Shown: piece after piece, positions 30,374 to 40,383 of the stretch
How positions within the stretch are numbered: position 1 is the first letter of the stretch
Layout of the letters: every line of letters begins with the position of its first letter
Assembly (NCBI GenBank): GCA_046484585.1
Contig: JAWOIQ010000148.1
Coordinates: forward strand, 1 to 59,740
Origin: Desulfurivibrionaceae bacterium
Lineage (GTDB): Bacteria > Desulfobacterota > Desulfobulbia > Desulfobulbales > JAGXFP01
Length of the DNA: 59,740 bases
Direction of reading: 5' to 3'
Made by a program: the position numbers and the translations under genes
The notes under the pieces: model-generated
Told to the model about the DNA's origin: nothing
What the model saw: the letters and a program-made list of their open reading frames with translations, nothing else
The model's database searches: none

Positions 30374-30571
30374 TTATAAGTCGGCCATCATCTTTTCGTA
30401 GACCTCGCAAACCCGGCAGTTCTGGATTTTCTGCTCATAGGTGCCCTGGACCTCACCCTTGCAGAGGGTCTTTGCAATACTGAAGCACATTTTCCCGTTA
30501 TCCGGGTAGGCCGGGCAGTCCTTTTCATTACCGCAGTTCATGATTTCCCAGCAATCTCTCTTCTCCGCCAT
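30374..30571 (-). CDS. Small Cys-rich protein (CW-motif type)
   Basis: GAGGTGGGG RBS; CWEIMNC...CPAY...CF...TLC...CRVC. Confidence 0.75.
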   Translation of the reverse strand: MAEKRDCWEIMNCGNEKDCPAYPDNGKMCFSIAKTLCKGEVQGTYEQKIQNCRVCEVYEKMMADL

Positions 30572-30721
30572 TTCCCCACCTCACAAAGTTATCTGAATGA
30601 TAATGAATCAGCCAAGACTCTCTTTCGTTGGCCCTGCTCGTCAACCAATAATTATATCAATTTATTCCCCTGAAATCAAACCAAAACATAGTCCGGCGTC
30701 GTTGGTTTGATTAAAAGGGAG

Positions 30722-33529
30722 TTACGGTTTATGCTCCTTTTTCAACAAGATAGCCTGTTCCGGGTAAATAAGGTCGGGATTGGCGATATCGTTCTCGTTG
30801 GCCACGGATGGATAGTTGTAAGGGGTGCCGGTGAACCGCTTGGAGATAGCCCAAAGGGTGTCCCCCTTTTTTACCGTGTAAACCCGGGTCGGTAAAGGGA
30901 TATTGTCGGGAACTGTAATGGTGAGGGTCGGCCGCTCCCTTTTTAGCGCCCCGGTGACTAATTCCGGGCTGCCGGGAGATGCGGCAAGCGGTTCGTCGGG
31001 CTCGGCGACGGCAGGTTCCGCGGTGGCCGATTTCAGGTCGGCAACGATCTGATTCGCGACTGAAGAGCGATCTTTAGGTACGGTAAGCAGTTTCTCCGGT
31101 TTATGGTCGGGGGGAGACCATAATATAAAAAGATTGATCATCGCCATGAGCAGAAGGGAGAGGAGCACAATCGAGCGTGCCCGGGAACTTCGGTTTTGCC
31201 GCTCAACCGCGGCGGGGAGGGCTGGAGGTAACTCAGCCTCTTCCAGCTGCCGGTTTTCATGGTCTTCTGAAGAGGTCGGTATCGGCGGCTCCTTCTCCGA
31301 GGGGATTTCAGCCTCCCCGCCCAGCAGGGTTTTTTCAAACTCCCGTACCTCGTCTGCCTGCCGCCGCTTTTCGGACTTCTGATCCGGGCCTGAATCCGCG
31401 GCTATTGGTTGCGGCGGCTCTTCGGCTTCCGTTTGTGCTTTTTTCTGAACAAATCGACTCCCCGGTTCTTTTTGCTTTTGCCGGGCGATGATTCGGTGCA
31501 TGCCGGCCAGCAGCTCGGCGGCGTTTTCAGAATTGTCCGTGCCTTGCTCCATCGGCGGGGCCGGCTTAAGAATCTCTTCCGCTGACTGTTCGGCGGAGAT
31601 TGGGGGGTTATTCCCGGCAGCTTCGGCGGCTTCTCTCGCGGGACTTTCCCCGCTAACGCTCATCCCGGAAAGTGATCTGGATGCAATGGCATTTAGCGGG
31701 CTTTCGGGTTCCCGGGGCGATGGCGGGGCGGCATTACCGGCATTCCCGGCAGGTTTCGGCTCTTCGGGCAATTGCCCGGAAGTTCCCGGCTTCAAGGGCA
31801 GGGGGCATTCGGCGGAATGGGGCAATACCATGATCTCGTCATTTAAGGACTGGTCGATCGAGCTCGTTATTCCGCCGCTTTTATCCTCCGGCAGCTCATA
31901 TGTTTTTGCCTTGATCGCTCCCGGTTCCCGGCTGGAATCTGGCGGGGCGGTTATCTCCCTGCCAGGTTGTTGCGTTTTCCGGGTTTCAGCCGGAATCTCG
32001 GGAACTCCCGCGCCGACTTCCGTTTGTTCCCGGAATTTCGCGGGCAAATCCAACAACAAGGTCTTCTCTTTCAATCCGGCAAGGGGCCGGGCTTGCGACG
32101 ATGTATCGGCCAGTCCCGCGGTGTGGGAGGAGAGGAACTCTCTGACGCCGTTTTTGTCGAAACGGGTGGCAAGGTCGGCGGCATTGATGATCAGGCGAAC
32201 CCGGTTGGCATCGGGGTAACACCCGTAAACCAGACTGTCGCTATGGCTGAGCGGCACTTCCTTGTGGATAGACAGCGGCAGTTTCCGGTCCGGAAAGGTC
32301 GATTCGCTGACGATGAAGGCCAGAAAATCACCGTTCTTGATCAGAATCATTTGCCAGTCAAGGCTGATCGGGGAGAAGCGGCCAAAGACCAGGGCCGGGT
32401 CGAGGATGGGTACGATCCTGTCCTGATGCATGATTATCCCGATCACCAGGGATTGGAGACCGGGGAGTTTCCGAAAAGAGCTGACCGGTAAAATATCCTC
32501 GACCTCTTCCCTGGGAAGGGCGTGTTTTTCCCCGAGAAGGATAAACTCCACTACTTCAATATCCCGATGGTTAAAGTGCCGGGAGAATTTTGAATCGAGC
32601 CGGTAGCTGTGTTCGGGCGGGGAGTACTTTTTTTGAGCGGAGAGGTCGGGGTCGAGGATGGCGGGGGGCTCAAGCAGGGGGATCAGCTCCCCGTCGTAAA
32701 CAACGATCGATTTGATCAGCGGTGATTGTGCCAGGGGGGGAAGATGGTGGACGATATACTGATGGTCGCCAATTTCCCCCAGATAAGCATCGACCAGAAG
32801 GAAGAAACGATCTTCGCCGAGATCGATGTTCAACAACCGTTCGGCCTGATCGATTCGCGCAGGCAAATCGATTTTTCCGGTCAGGTCGATGACCGGGCTT
32901 AAGAAATTATCGACAAAAGCCACCCCCTTAATAAAAGGCGGGGTCGCGGGAAGAGCTGTAATGGACAACGGTTTGTCGAAAACGCGATCGGCAATCTCAC
33001 CCGGCAATCCAAAAACTTCTCCGCCGGCCTTGCATAATTTGATGCTTTTCGGTTCCGGGGCCGGCGGCCTTTGGTCGGGCGCCGGGAAAGTGGGCAGGGA
33101 TGGAGTCAGCTTTCCGGCGTTGATGAGCCGGTAGAGGGCTTTTAAATCGATTATCGGTACGGCGCGGCCCCGATAATCGAGGCAGGATGAGATCTCGGCG
33201 GTTGCCAGGTATCGCGGCATCCGGTGGAAGGATTCTTCCCCGATCTCGATTTCGGCAAGCTCCCCGGCGAAGATAAAACCGGACTCTGCCCCCTCACCGG
33301 CGCCAATGATAACTTGGGCAGGATATTTGCCGGCGAAGGAGGGCAGGCCGATCAGGGCCGCGAGATCGGCCAGGGCGATTCTGCGCCTGTCGATCATCGC
33401 CAGGCCGACGATGTGTTCCGGGCTGAACGGCAACCGATGGACCCTTTCGACCTCCATTGCCGTTGCCACATCTTCCTTCCGGACGGCAAAGCGATGATCG
33501 CTCAAGGTGAGTTGGTAGATTGCACTCAT
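30722..33529 (-). CDS. Triple CheW-domain, low-complexity linker, TM, LysM protein
   Basis: Three CheW-like repeats (LPFSPEHIVGL, LPATPPFIKGV, LPGLQSLVIGI); TM IVLLSLLLMAMINLFILW; LysM YTVKKGDTLWAISKRF...NDIANPDLIYPEQAI. Confidence 0.85.
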   Translation of the reverse strand: MSAIYQLTLSDHRFAVRKEDVATAMEVERVHRLPFSPEHIVGLAMIDRRRIALADLAALIGLPSFAGKYPAQVIIGAGEGAESGFIFAGELAEIEIGEESFHRMPRYLATAEISSCLDYRGRAVPIIDLKALYRLINAGKLTPSLPTFPAPDQRPPAPEPKSIKLCKAGGEVFGLPGEIADRVFDKPLSITALPATPPFIKGVAFVDNFLSPVIDLTGKIDLPARIDQAERLLNIDLGEDRFFLLVDAYLGEIGDHQYIVHHLPPLAQSPLIKSIVVYDGELIPLLEPPAILDPDLSAQKKYSPPEHSYRLDSKFSRHFNHRDIEVVEFILLGEKHALPREEVEDILPVSSFRKLPGLQSLVIGIIMHQDRIVPILDPALVFGRFSPISLDWQMILIKNGDFLAFIVSESTFPDRKLPLSIHKEVPLSHSDSLVYGCYPDANRVRLIINAADLATRFDKNGVREFLSSHTAGLADTSSQARPLAGLKEKTLLLDLPAKFREQTEVGAGVPEIPAETRKTQQPGREITAPPDSSREPGAIKAKTYELPEDKSGGITSSIDQSLNDEIMVLPHSAECPLPLKPGTSGQLPEEPKPAGNAGNAAPPSPREPESPLNAIASRSLSGMSVSGESPAREAAEAAGNNPPISAEQSAEEILKPAPPMEQGTDNSENAAELLAGMHRIIARQKQKEPGSRFVQKKAQTEAEEPPQPIAADSGPDQKSEKRRQADEVREFEKTLLGGEAEIPSEKEPPIPTSSEDHENRQLEEAELPPALPAAVERQNRSSRARSIVLLSLLLMAMINLFILWSPPDHKPEKLLTVPKDRSSVANQIVADLKSATAEPAVAEPDEPLAASPGSPELVTGALKRERPTLTITVPDNIPLPTRVYTVKKGDTLWAISKRFTGTPYNYPSVANENDIANPDLIYPEQAILLKKEHKP

Positions 33530-33558
33530 GAATTTGATTTCTGGCGCTAACTCATTTT

Positions 33559-35409
33559 TTAACGTTCGGCGGCAGGCGGTTTCCGGTTGCATTGATGAAC
33601 CGCTTGCTCGGCGGTCGGCGAGGACACGAGCCGGCTTTCATTGTCCAGAATTTCCCGGACCCGGTGCAGTAATTCGTTCGGTAATATCGGCTTGGAAAGA
33701 AAGTGGGCGCCTTCGGTGACCATCCCCTGGTTTTTGATGATATCGGGCGCATAGCCGCTGATGAAAAGGACTTTGGCTTCAGAGGATTCGCGGAGGATTT
33801 CAGCGAAGACCTCCTTGCCGTTTTGTCCCGGCATGATTACATCCAGGATGACCAGTCCGATCGGGTTATCGGCCTCTTTAAATTTAGCAACCGCCTCGTG
33901 GCCGTCCTTGGCCATGATAATCCTGTACCCGTAGCTTCCCAGGATCTCGGACAATAATTTTCTTACCGACTCTTCGTCCTCGGCGATCAGGATGGTTTCA
34001 TTGCCCCCCTCGATCTTGTAAGATTCGGATCGATGTTTCTGGGCAACCGATTTTTCGGTGCAGGGAAGCAGGATCTGGAAGGTCGTGCCATGGCCTTTCC
34101 GGCTGTGGGCGTCTATGTAACCCTTGTGCTGCTTGATGATGCCGTGCACGATGGAAAGTCCCAGCCCGGTGCCCTGCTCCTCATCCTTTGTGGTGTAAAA
34201 TGGCTCGAATATTTTTTCAAGGGTTGCGCCATCCATCCCCTCGCCGTCATCCGAAAATGAAATGCGGGCATATTTACCGGCTCGGTCGAGTTCGAAGGCT
34301 TTCGAGGCTTTTTCGTCAAGGAAGGTTTCAGAAACTTCGATGGTGAAGGTCCCGTTGTCCTTGATGGCGCCACTGGCGTTGGCGGCCATGTTAATTATTA
34401 CCTGCTCCAGCTGACCCGAATCGGCCTTGGCGATCAGCCTGTCTGGAGATGTTTTAATGATAAGTTCGATGTTTTCTCCCAGAATTCTACCCAGGAGTTT
34501 CTCCATGCCCGTGACCACTTCGTTGACATCGACCGGTTTGGGATTCAGGATCTGTTTGCGGCTGAAGGCAAGCAGGCTTCTGGTCACCGCCGCCGCCTTG
34601 TTGGCGGCCGAGAGGATCTCGGTCAAGTTTTCGTGATCGGGATTGTCATTTGCCATGTTCATCAGGCTTAATTCGCTGTAGCCGACGATTGTGGTAAGAA
34701 AATTATTGAAATCGTGGGCAACCCCACCGGCAAGCTGGCCCAGGGCCTCCATCTTCTGAGCCTGGCGCAGCTGGGCTTCGAGCTGCCTGTTTTCGGCCTG
34801 GGTCTCCATGATCTTGGTGACGTCGAAAAAGAAACCCTTGAGATAGATCGCTTTCTCGTCCGTGGTTTCGACGAAAACGAGATCCCTGATCCAGAGGGTT
34901 CGGCCGTCGGCGGTGATCATCCGGTAGACGAGCTCATGGTCCGCGTTTTTTCCCGTGGCGGAAAGGCAGAAGTCCATCGCGAACTCCCGGTCGTCGGGAT
35001 GGATCTTGTCGGCCCAGGACTCGAAATCTATCATTTCCCCGGGCTTGTAACCGGTCAGCGAGGTGAGCCTTTCGCCCATATAGATGAATTTTTGAGTGGC
35101 AACGTCAAGCTTCCACGGTACCGCCGAGGTTGAGTCGATCAGTTTTTTGAGCTCCGTCTCGCTGGCGTTTTTCCCCTTCTCCGAGGCAACCGCCTTTTCG
35201 TAATAATCGGCGATCAGCAACCCGAAAAGAAACATGGTAAACAGGGTCATGCTTCGGATGAAAATCTCGTTGCCAGGGACCTTGAAAATCAGCAGATCCA
35301 GAAAAGAAGCGTCGTAAAAAAGAACGCTGTCCACCCAGGCATCGGTAACTCCGATCAGGATGCCGAAGAGAATGGAAGCGGTGATGATTCTGGTCTTTTT
35401 GGTCATCAT
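33559..35409 (-). CDS. Membrane PAS hybrid histidine kinase (CckA-like)
   Basis: 2 TM, PAS (IHPDDR), AGGVAHDFNN, FEPFYTTK, GTGLGL, C-terminal receiver LDVIMP. Confidence 0.92.
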   Translation of the reverse strand: MMTKKTRIITASILFGILIGVTDAWVDSVLFYDASFLDLLIFKVPGNEIFIRSMTLFTMFLFGLLIADYYEKAVASEKGKNASETELKKLIDSTSAVPWKLDVATQKFIYMGERLTSLTGYKPGEMIDFESWADKIHPDDREFAMDFCLSATGKNADHELVYRMITADGRTLWIRDLVFVETTDEKAIYLKGFFFDVTKIMETQAENRQLEAQLRQAQKMEALGQLAGGVAHDFNNFLTTIVGYSELSLMNMANDNPDHENLTEILSAANKAAAVTRSLLAFSRKQILNPKPVDVNEVVTGMEKLLGRILGENIELIIKTSPDRLIAKADSGQLEQVIINMAANASGAIKDNGTFTIEVSETFLDEKASKAFELDRAGKYARISFSDDGEGMDGATLEKIFEPFYTTKDEEQGTGLGLSIVHGIIKQHKGYIDAHSRKGHGTTFQILLPCTEKSVAQKHRSESYKIEGGNETILIAEDEESVRKLLSEILGSYGYRIIMAKDGHEAVAKFKEADNPIGLVILDVIMPGQNGKEVFAEILRESSEAKVLFISGYAPDIIKNQGMVTEGAHFLSKPILPNELLHRVREILDNESRLVSSPTAEQAVHQCNRKPPAAER

Positions 35410-35562
35410 TTTTGTCGTGACTGGTTGGCGTTTGAATGGTCTCGCAATCGTTTATCAAGCTGGTTGAGCAGTTCTTAACAAATAACACATGTGACAATGT
35501 AGTACAATCCGATTCCGGGCCGGCAAGGTTCAACCCGGGATTGAAACCGAAAATCCTAATCC

Positions 35563-36597
35563 TTACTCATCCATGATAATGCTCGAAAAACCGTTGACCT
35601 GGCTGAGGTTCGCCTCCCTGGCGAAACGGTCATCAATCAGGCCCGTAATCTCGTTGGTTGCTGAAAGGCCGAATTCCACCATCAGGTCGGCCAGTTGCTG
35701 CATTTCGACGGGGTCCGGCGTGAACCGATCGAATCTGACCCGGTCCGTCGGGTTACCCATCACGTAGCTGATCAGCTCTTCCGGCTGATTCCAGTAACCC
35801 GCGGCGATCCGGGCAGCTTCATCGAGATTGGACCGGGCCCAGATCCCGCTTCGGGCCGCGTTCTGGACCAGATTTTTAACGGTTTCCGGTTCCCGGTCTA
35901 TCAGCGACTGATTGGTGATAAGCAGGTTGCAGACAAAATCGGGCCAGACATCCTCGACATAAAAGAGTAAAGAGGAGTCGCCGTTCCGGATGGTCTGGGC
36001 CGCGAAGGGTTCCCCGACAAAATAAGCATCGAGCGCTCCCGTAGCCATGGCCGAGGCCATGTCGGGAGGGTTCATCTCGACGATATTTACGCTCCGGGCC
36101 AAGCCCTGATCGGCAAGGAGGCGGCGCAGGATCAGGTTGTGACCGGAGAAGCGCATGGGCACGGCGATGGTTCCGCCGGCCAGATCGGCCAGTGATTCAG
36201 CCTTGAGATCCTTGCGGGCGACCAGGCTGCTTTCGTGGCGGTTGCCGATATAGACAATCTTGATGTCGCTGCCCTGCTGCCGCAGGACTACGGCCAGCGG
36301 CGCGATGATAAAGGCGGCCTGGATGTGCTCGTTGCGCAGGGCCTCGGCCATTTCGGCAAAAGAGGAAAATTTTAAAGCCTTGTAGCGCGTTCGGCCGTGG
36401 TCGCGGCTGGCATGGTCGAGAAGGGGCGCGGCCAGATTGCTGACCACCGGCATATAGCCCATCCGGATCACCTTCGCCTGGCCCTGGTAGATATTGAACC
36501 GGTAATGGGACCAGGAGATCAGGATCAGCCAGGCTAAGGCGAGAACGGCAATGCGGACCGGCAAGGAGCTATTCTTAAGCGAAACCTTAAACGGCAT
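35563..36597 (-). CDS. NitT/TauT-family ABC transporter substrate-binding protein
   Basis: MGYMPV, IAVPMRFS, MNPPDM, VGEPF; N-terminal anchor. Confidence 0.85.
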   Translation of the reverse strand: MPFKVSLKNSSLPVRIAVLALAWLILISWSHYRFNIYQGQAKVIRMGYMPVVSNLAAPLLDHASRDHGRTRYKALKFSSFAEMAEALRNEHIQAAFIIAPLAVVLRQQGSDIKIVYIGNRHESSLVARKDLKAESLADLAGGTIAVPMRFSGHNLILRRLLADQGLARSVNIVEMNPPDMASAMATGALDAYFVGEPFAAQTIRNGDSSLLFYVEDVWPDFVCNLLITNQSLIDREPETVKNLVQNAARSGIWARSNLDEAARIAAGYWNQPEELISYVMGNPTDRVRFDRFTPDPVEMQQLADLMVEFGLSATNEITGLIDDRFAREANLSQVNGFSSIIMDE

Positions 36598-37381
36598 AAC
36601 TGACTCCGAGCATAAAAAAGATTTCTTCCCTCAACTCCTGCAACTCCGGCGCGGTTTTCGGGTCGCGGGGATGGGGGAAGTCCAGCTTGCGGTTCAGCTT
36701 CACCTGGGCCGGGCGGCCGCTCAGGATCACGACCCGGTCGCCCATGATCAGGGCATCGTCGATATTATGGGTGACCAGCAGGATAGTCTTGCCCAGATAA
36801 AGATGCATGTTGACTACTTCCTCACGCATCTTCATGTGAGTCAGGAAATCGAGGCCGCTGAACGGTTCATCCATGATAAGCATCTCAGGGTTGACCACCA
36901 GGGCGCGGGCCAGTTCGGCCCGGCGCTGCATGCCGCCGGACAACTGGTGGGGATAGTGGTTTTCGAAGCCTTCCAGCTCGACCATGTCGATATACTCCTG
37001 AATGGTCTCTTCCCGTTCGACGGGATCATTGAGCCGGCGGATCCCGAGTTCGATATTCTGCCAGACCGTCATCCAGGGCAGCAGGCCGTTATGCTGATAT
37101 ACGAAGATGTTGTCGGGACTTGGTTTCGACAGTTGGTGACCGTCCTGCAAAACCCGGCCGGAGCTCGGTTGCTCGAAACCGGCGATAATCCGCAGCAGGG
37201 TCGATTTTCCGCAGCCCGATGGTCCCAGGATACAGACCATCTCCCCGGCCTCGAATTCAAGGTCCAGATCCTCAAGGACCGTTACCGTCCGGTCGGATTC
37301 AGGCCTGCCGTCCTTATCCCGCTTATGTTGACGCCGTTCGATAAACTCTTTGTTCAGATTTTCGATGAGGATGTGGCCCAT
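36587..37381 (-). CDS. NitT/TauT-family ABC transporter ATPase
   Basis: GPSGCGKST, LSGGM, MDEPF, VTH. Confidence 0.93.
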   Translation of the reverse strand: MGHILIENLNKEFIERRQHKRDKDGRPESDRTVTVLEDLDLEFEAGEMVCILGPSGCGKSTLLRIIAGFEQPSSGRVLQDGHQLSKPSPDNIFVYQHNGLLPWMTVWQNIELGIRRLNDPVEREETIQEYIDMVELEGFENHYPHQLSGGMQRRAELARALVVNPEMLIMDEPFSGLDFLTHMKMREEVVNMHLYLGKTILLVTHNIDDALIMGDRVVILSGRPAQVKLNRKLDFPHPRDPKTAPELQELREEIFFMLGVSYAV

Positions 37382-37425
37382 GGTAGTTGTTTTTCCTGAA
37401 AAAATTGCAGGGTGACCGAACTCGG

Positions 37426-38196
37426 TTATCTGTGGCCCATGGTTCCCCAGGCCGCCGACTCGATGTTCATCAGCTGGCGCATAATGTAGTCGAGCAGCAG
37501 GCCGATCACCCCGATCACCACCATGCCGACCATCACATAGTCCATGCGCAGGGCATTTCTGGAGTCAAGGATCAGATAGCCAAGGCCTGACTGAACCGCG
37601 ATCATCTCCGCCGCTACCACTACCAGCCAGGCGATGGTTATGGAGAGCCGCAGGGCCGTGACGATGGCCGGAATGGTGGCGGGAACCATAATCTTGGTAA
37701 AGCTTTCCAGCCGGCTGAAATTGAAATTGTTTGCAACCTGAAAATAGATAGGATTGATCGAGCGGACGGCGATGGTAGTTGCGACCAGCAGGGGAAAGAA
37801 GCTGGAAAGAAAGATCAGAAAGATTGCCGGCAAGTCGCCGATCCCGAACCACAGCATCGATAAGGGAATCCAGGCCAGTGGCGAGATGGGCCGCAGGAAA
37901 TGGATAACCGGATTTACCATGAGACGCAGAGGTTTGCATCTGCCCAGACACATTCCCAGAGGAATGCCCAGGAACATGGCCAGATAAAAACCGGCGGTGA
38001 CCCGATACAGACTGGCTATCGAATGCCTGATCAGGGTGCCGTTGCCGGTCAGTTCGATCAGACTGGCCAGGACCGCCCCCGGCCCCGGGAATATCTGGGC
38101 GCTCCAGCCGCTGAAACGGGCGGTCAGTTCCCAGAGCGTCAGGGCGCCCAGAAAGGCGGCAGCGGCATAAATAAAGGCTGGTTTTGAGGATTCCAT
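37426..38196 (-). CDS. NitT/TauT-family ABC transporter permease
   Basis: LRPISPLAWIPL, VVAAEM, GLGYLI. Confidence 0.92.
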   Translation of the reverse strand: MESSKPAFIYAAAAFLGALTLWELTARFSGWSAQIFPGPGAVLASLIELTGNGTLIRHSIASLYRVTAGFYLAMFLGIPLGMCLGRCKPLRLMVNPVIHFLRPISPLAWIPLSMLWFGIGDLPAIFLIFLSSFFPLLVATTIAVRSINPIYFQVANNFNFSRLESFTKIMVPATIPAIVTALRLSITIAWLVVVAAEMIAVQSGLGYLILDSRNALRMDYVMVGMVVIGVIGLLLDYIMRQLMNIESAAWGTMGHR

Positions 38197-38270
38197 CGGA
38201 TAATTTTCTCTGCCCCGGTTCCGGTGCTAAACCGTAGAGGAGGGCGGTGTGGGTAAGGAGATGGCTTCGA

Positions 38271-39203
38271 TCATGATTTTTCGCCGCGAAGTTCCTCGGC
38301 CAGTTCCATATATTGGCGGGCCGAACTGCTGTTGGCGTCATATTGGGCGACGGGAACGTTCATTATTTGCGACTCCTGAAGTTTTACATCGAAGTCGATG
38401 GTGGTCGCGAAGACCTTGTCCCTGTATTTGTTTTTGATCTTGTCATGGATCACCTTGGTGGCGGTGCTGTTCTCGTTGAACATGGTGATCAGGATTTTGT
38501 AATCGATACTGTCGTTCTGTTTGCGCCTGACGATATCGATTACTTCCTCAATATGGGCGACGCCGTGCATCGACAGGTATTCGCACTGGGTCGGGATTAT
38601 TACGAAATCGGAGGCCATCAGGGCGTTTAAGGTAAAAAATTCGATGGTGGGCGGTGTGTCGATGATGATATGGTCGACCTTGTCCTTGATCCCTTCCAGT
38701 TTATCCCGGAGTATTTGTTCGAAGTTAGGCCGGTTGATATTCTTTTTCATCAACAGAGCCAGATTCGGTCCGGACGGCAGCAGCCAGAGATTAGAGTACT
38801 TGGTTCTGGTAATTACATTGGCGAGGGTGGCGCCGGGGACATGGAGCAGATCGTAAAAGGTTCTGTTTTGCCGGTTGAGCCCCAGGGCGATGGTCAGACT
38901 TGCCTGCATGTCGAAATCGATCAACAGCACCCGTTTGCCGCGCAGGGCCAGGGCCATGCCCAGATTGATGGCGCTGGAGGTTTTGGCGACCCCGCCTTTC
39001 TGGTTGCTGACGGCAATGATCCGATGGGGAGGGACGGCCGGCAGGGCCGCTTCTTCCGGCAGATCAAGGGGTTTTATCTCCTCGGGCTTCTGGACGGTAA
39101 AGATCTTGCCGCATTTTGAGCACTTGACCTTGAAGATCGACTGGCTGATCAGTTCATCGGCAACATTGTAGCGGGTTTCGCACTGTTCGCAGGTGATTAT
39201 CAT
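38271..39203 (-). CDS. ParA-family ATPase with N-terminal MJ0042-type zinc ribbon
   Basis: CEQC...CSKC; deviant Walker A NQKGGVAKT; LIDFDMQ; IIDTPP. Confidence 0.9.
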   Translation of the reverse strand: MIITCEQCETRYNVADELISQSIFKVKCSKCGKIFTVQKPEEIKPLDLPEEAALPAVPPHRIIAVSNQKGGVAKTSSAINLGMALALRGKRVLLIDFDMQASLTIALGLNRQNRTFYDLLHVPGATLANVITRTKYSNLWLLPSGPNLALLMKKNINRPNFEQILRDKLEGIKDKVDHIIIDTPPTIEFFTLNALMASDFVIIPTQCEYLSMHGVAHIEEVIDIVRRKQNDSIDYKILITMFNENSTATKVIHDKIKNKYRDKVFATTIDFDVKLQESQIMNVPVAQYDANSSSARQYMELAEELRGEKS

Positions 39204-39290
39204 GTCGTAACTCTTTCCTTACGGCCCTTTATTGCCGTCCTTGCTGTCCGGATTGCCCGGGTTATTTCGTTTTAAGCGGCTTAACGGACC

Positions 39291-40331
39291 TCAACCCATT
39301 ATGGTTTCGATCTGCCCGACGATTTCATTTTCCTCGACAAGGTAGTCTACGGCTCCCTGTTCCACAGCGTGCTGGGTCAGATTGGGGTAAACGCAGGTAT
39401 TGGTGCTCTGGGCGATGGTCGCGCCATCTTTTTCCTTGATCTTGGCAAAGCCGACGGCCCCGTCGTTGCCTACTCCGGTCAGGAGAAGGCCGATGGTGTT
39501 ACGTTTAAATACTTCGGCGGCCGAGGAGAACAGCAGGTCAAGGGGCTTCTCCACCCCTGCCGATACTCCGATGATCGCCTCGCCGTCACCATTGGTTGCG
39601 ATGGTCACCGCGTTTTCGTTCGAGGCTATATAGCAGGTTCCCTGTTCCATCACAGTGCCGTCCCTGGCGATTTCTATCTTCCAGTCCGTATGCTCGTCGA
39701 ATTTCCGGACGAATGACTCGAGGATCTGGGAGGCGATGTCCATGACGATGACCGTGGTGGCCGGCAATTGCGGGGAAAGATTGGAGAGCAGCCGGATGAA
39801 GGTATTGGGTCCGGAGATGGTGGTGCCGATAGCGATGATCGACTCCAGATCCTGAAAGCCGTAGCGTTGGCTGAGGGATTGTTCGACATCGAGTTTCGAG
39901 AGCCGGACCCGCCTGATATTTTCGATATTGACCGCGGTGGCGATCTTGATCCGGTCGATGATTTTCCGGCTGGCGCTGTGGATGTCCCGCGAGACCGCGC
40001 CGGAAGGTTTCGGCACGAAATCGACCACTCCCAGGCGCAGGGCCTCGAAGGTTATGGAGCCGTCGTTGTAAAGCGAACTCAGGACCACGATCGGTATCGG
40101 CGCCTCGATCATGATATGGCGGACCGCCCTGATCCCGTCCATCACCGGCATGTCCATGTCGAGGGTGATGACGTCCGGCCGTAGCTCCTTGACCTTTGCC
40201 AGCCCTTCAAGACCGTTTTTGGCGGTTCCCACCACCTCGAGCATCGGATCGGATTCGAGAATGTCGCTGACCGCCTTGACCATGAAGGCGGCGTCATCGA
40301 CTACCAGCACTCTGATCTTTTCATTGTCCAT
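39291..40331 (-). CDS. cheB: CheB-like response regulator with degenerate methylesterase site
   Basis: Intact receiver (VDD, LDMDMP, KP); GTTISGP in place of GASTGGP, MDI in place of QHM, GNDGA retained. Confidence 0.85.
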   Translation of the reverse strand: MDNEKIRVLVVDDAAFMVKAVSDILESDPMLEVVGTAKNGLEGLAKVKELRPDVITLDMDMPVMDGIRAVRHIMIEAPIPIVVLSSLYNDGSITFEALRLGVVDFVPKPSGAVSRDIHSASRKIIDRIKIATAVNIENIRRVRLSKLDVEQSLSQRYGFQDLESIIAIGTTISGPNTFIRLLSNLSPQLPATTVIVMDIASQILESFVRKFDEHTDWKIEIARDGTVMEQGTCYIASNENAVTIATNGDGEAIIGVSAGVEKPLDLLFSSAAEVFKRNTIGLLLTGVGNDGAVGFAKIKEKDGATIAQSTNTCVYPNLTQHAVEQGAVDYLVEENEIVGQIETIMG

Positions 40332-40383
40332 ATAGGTCCCGTATTATTTCGTGGTCCAGGTTGCCGAGCCGCGAAACACTTCT

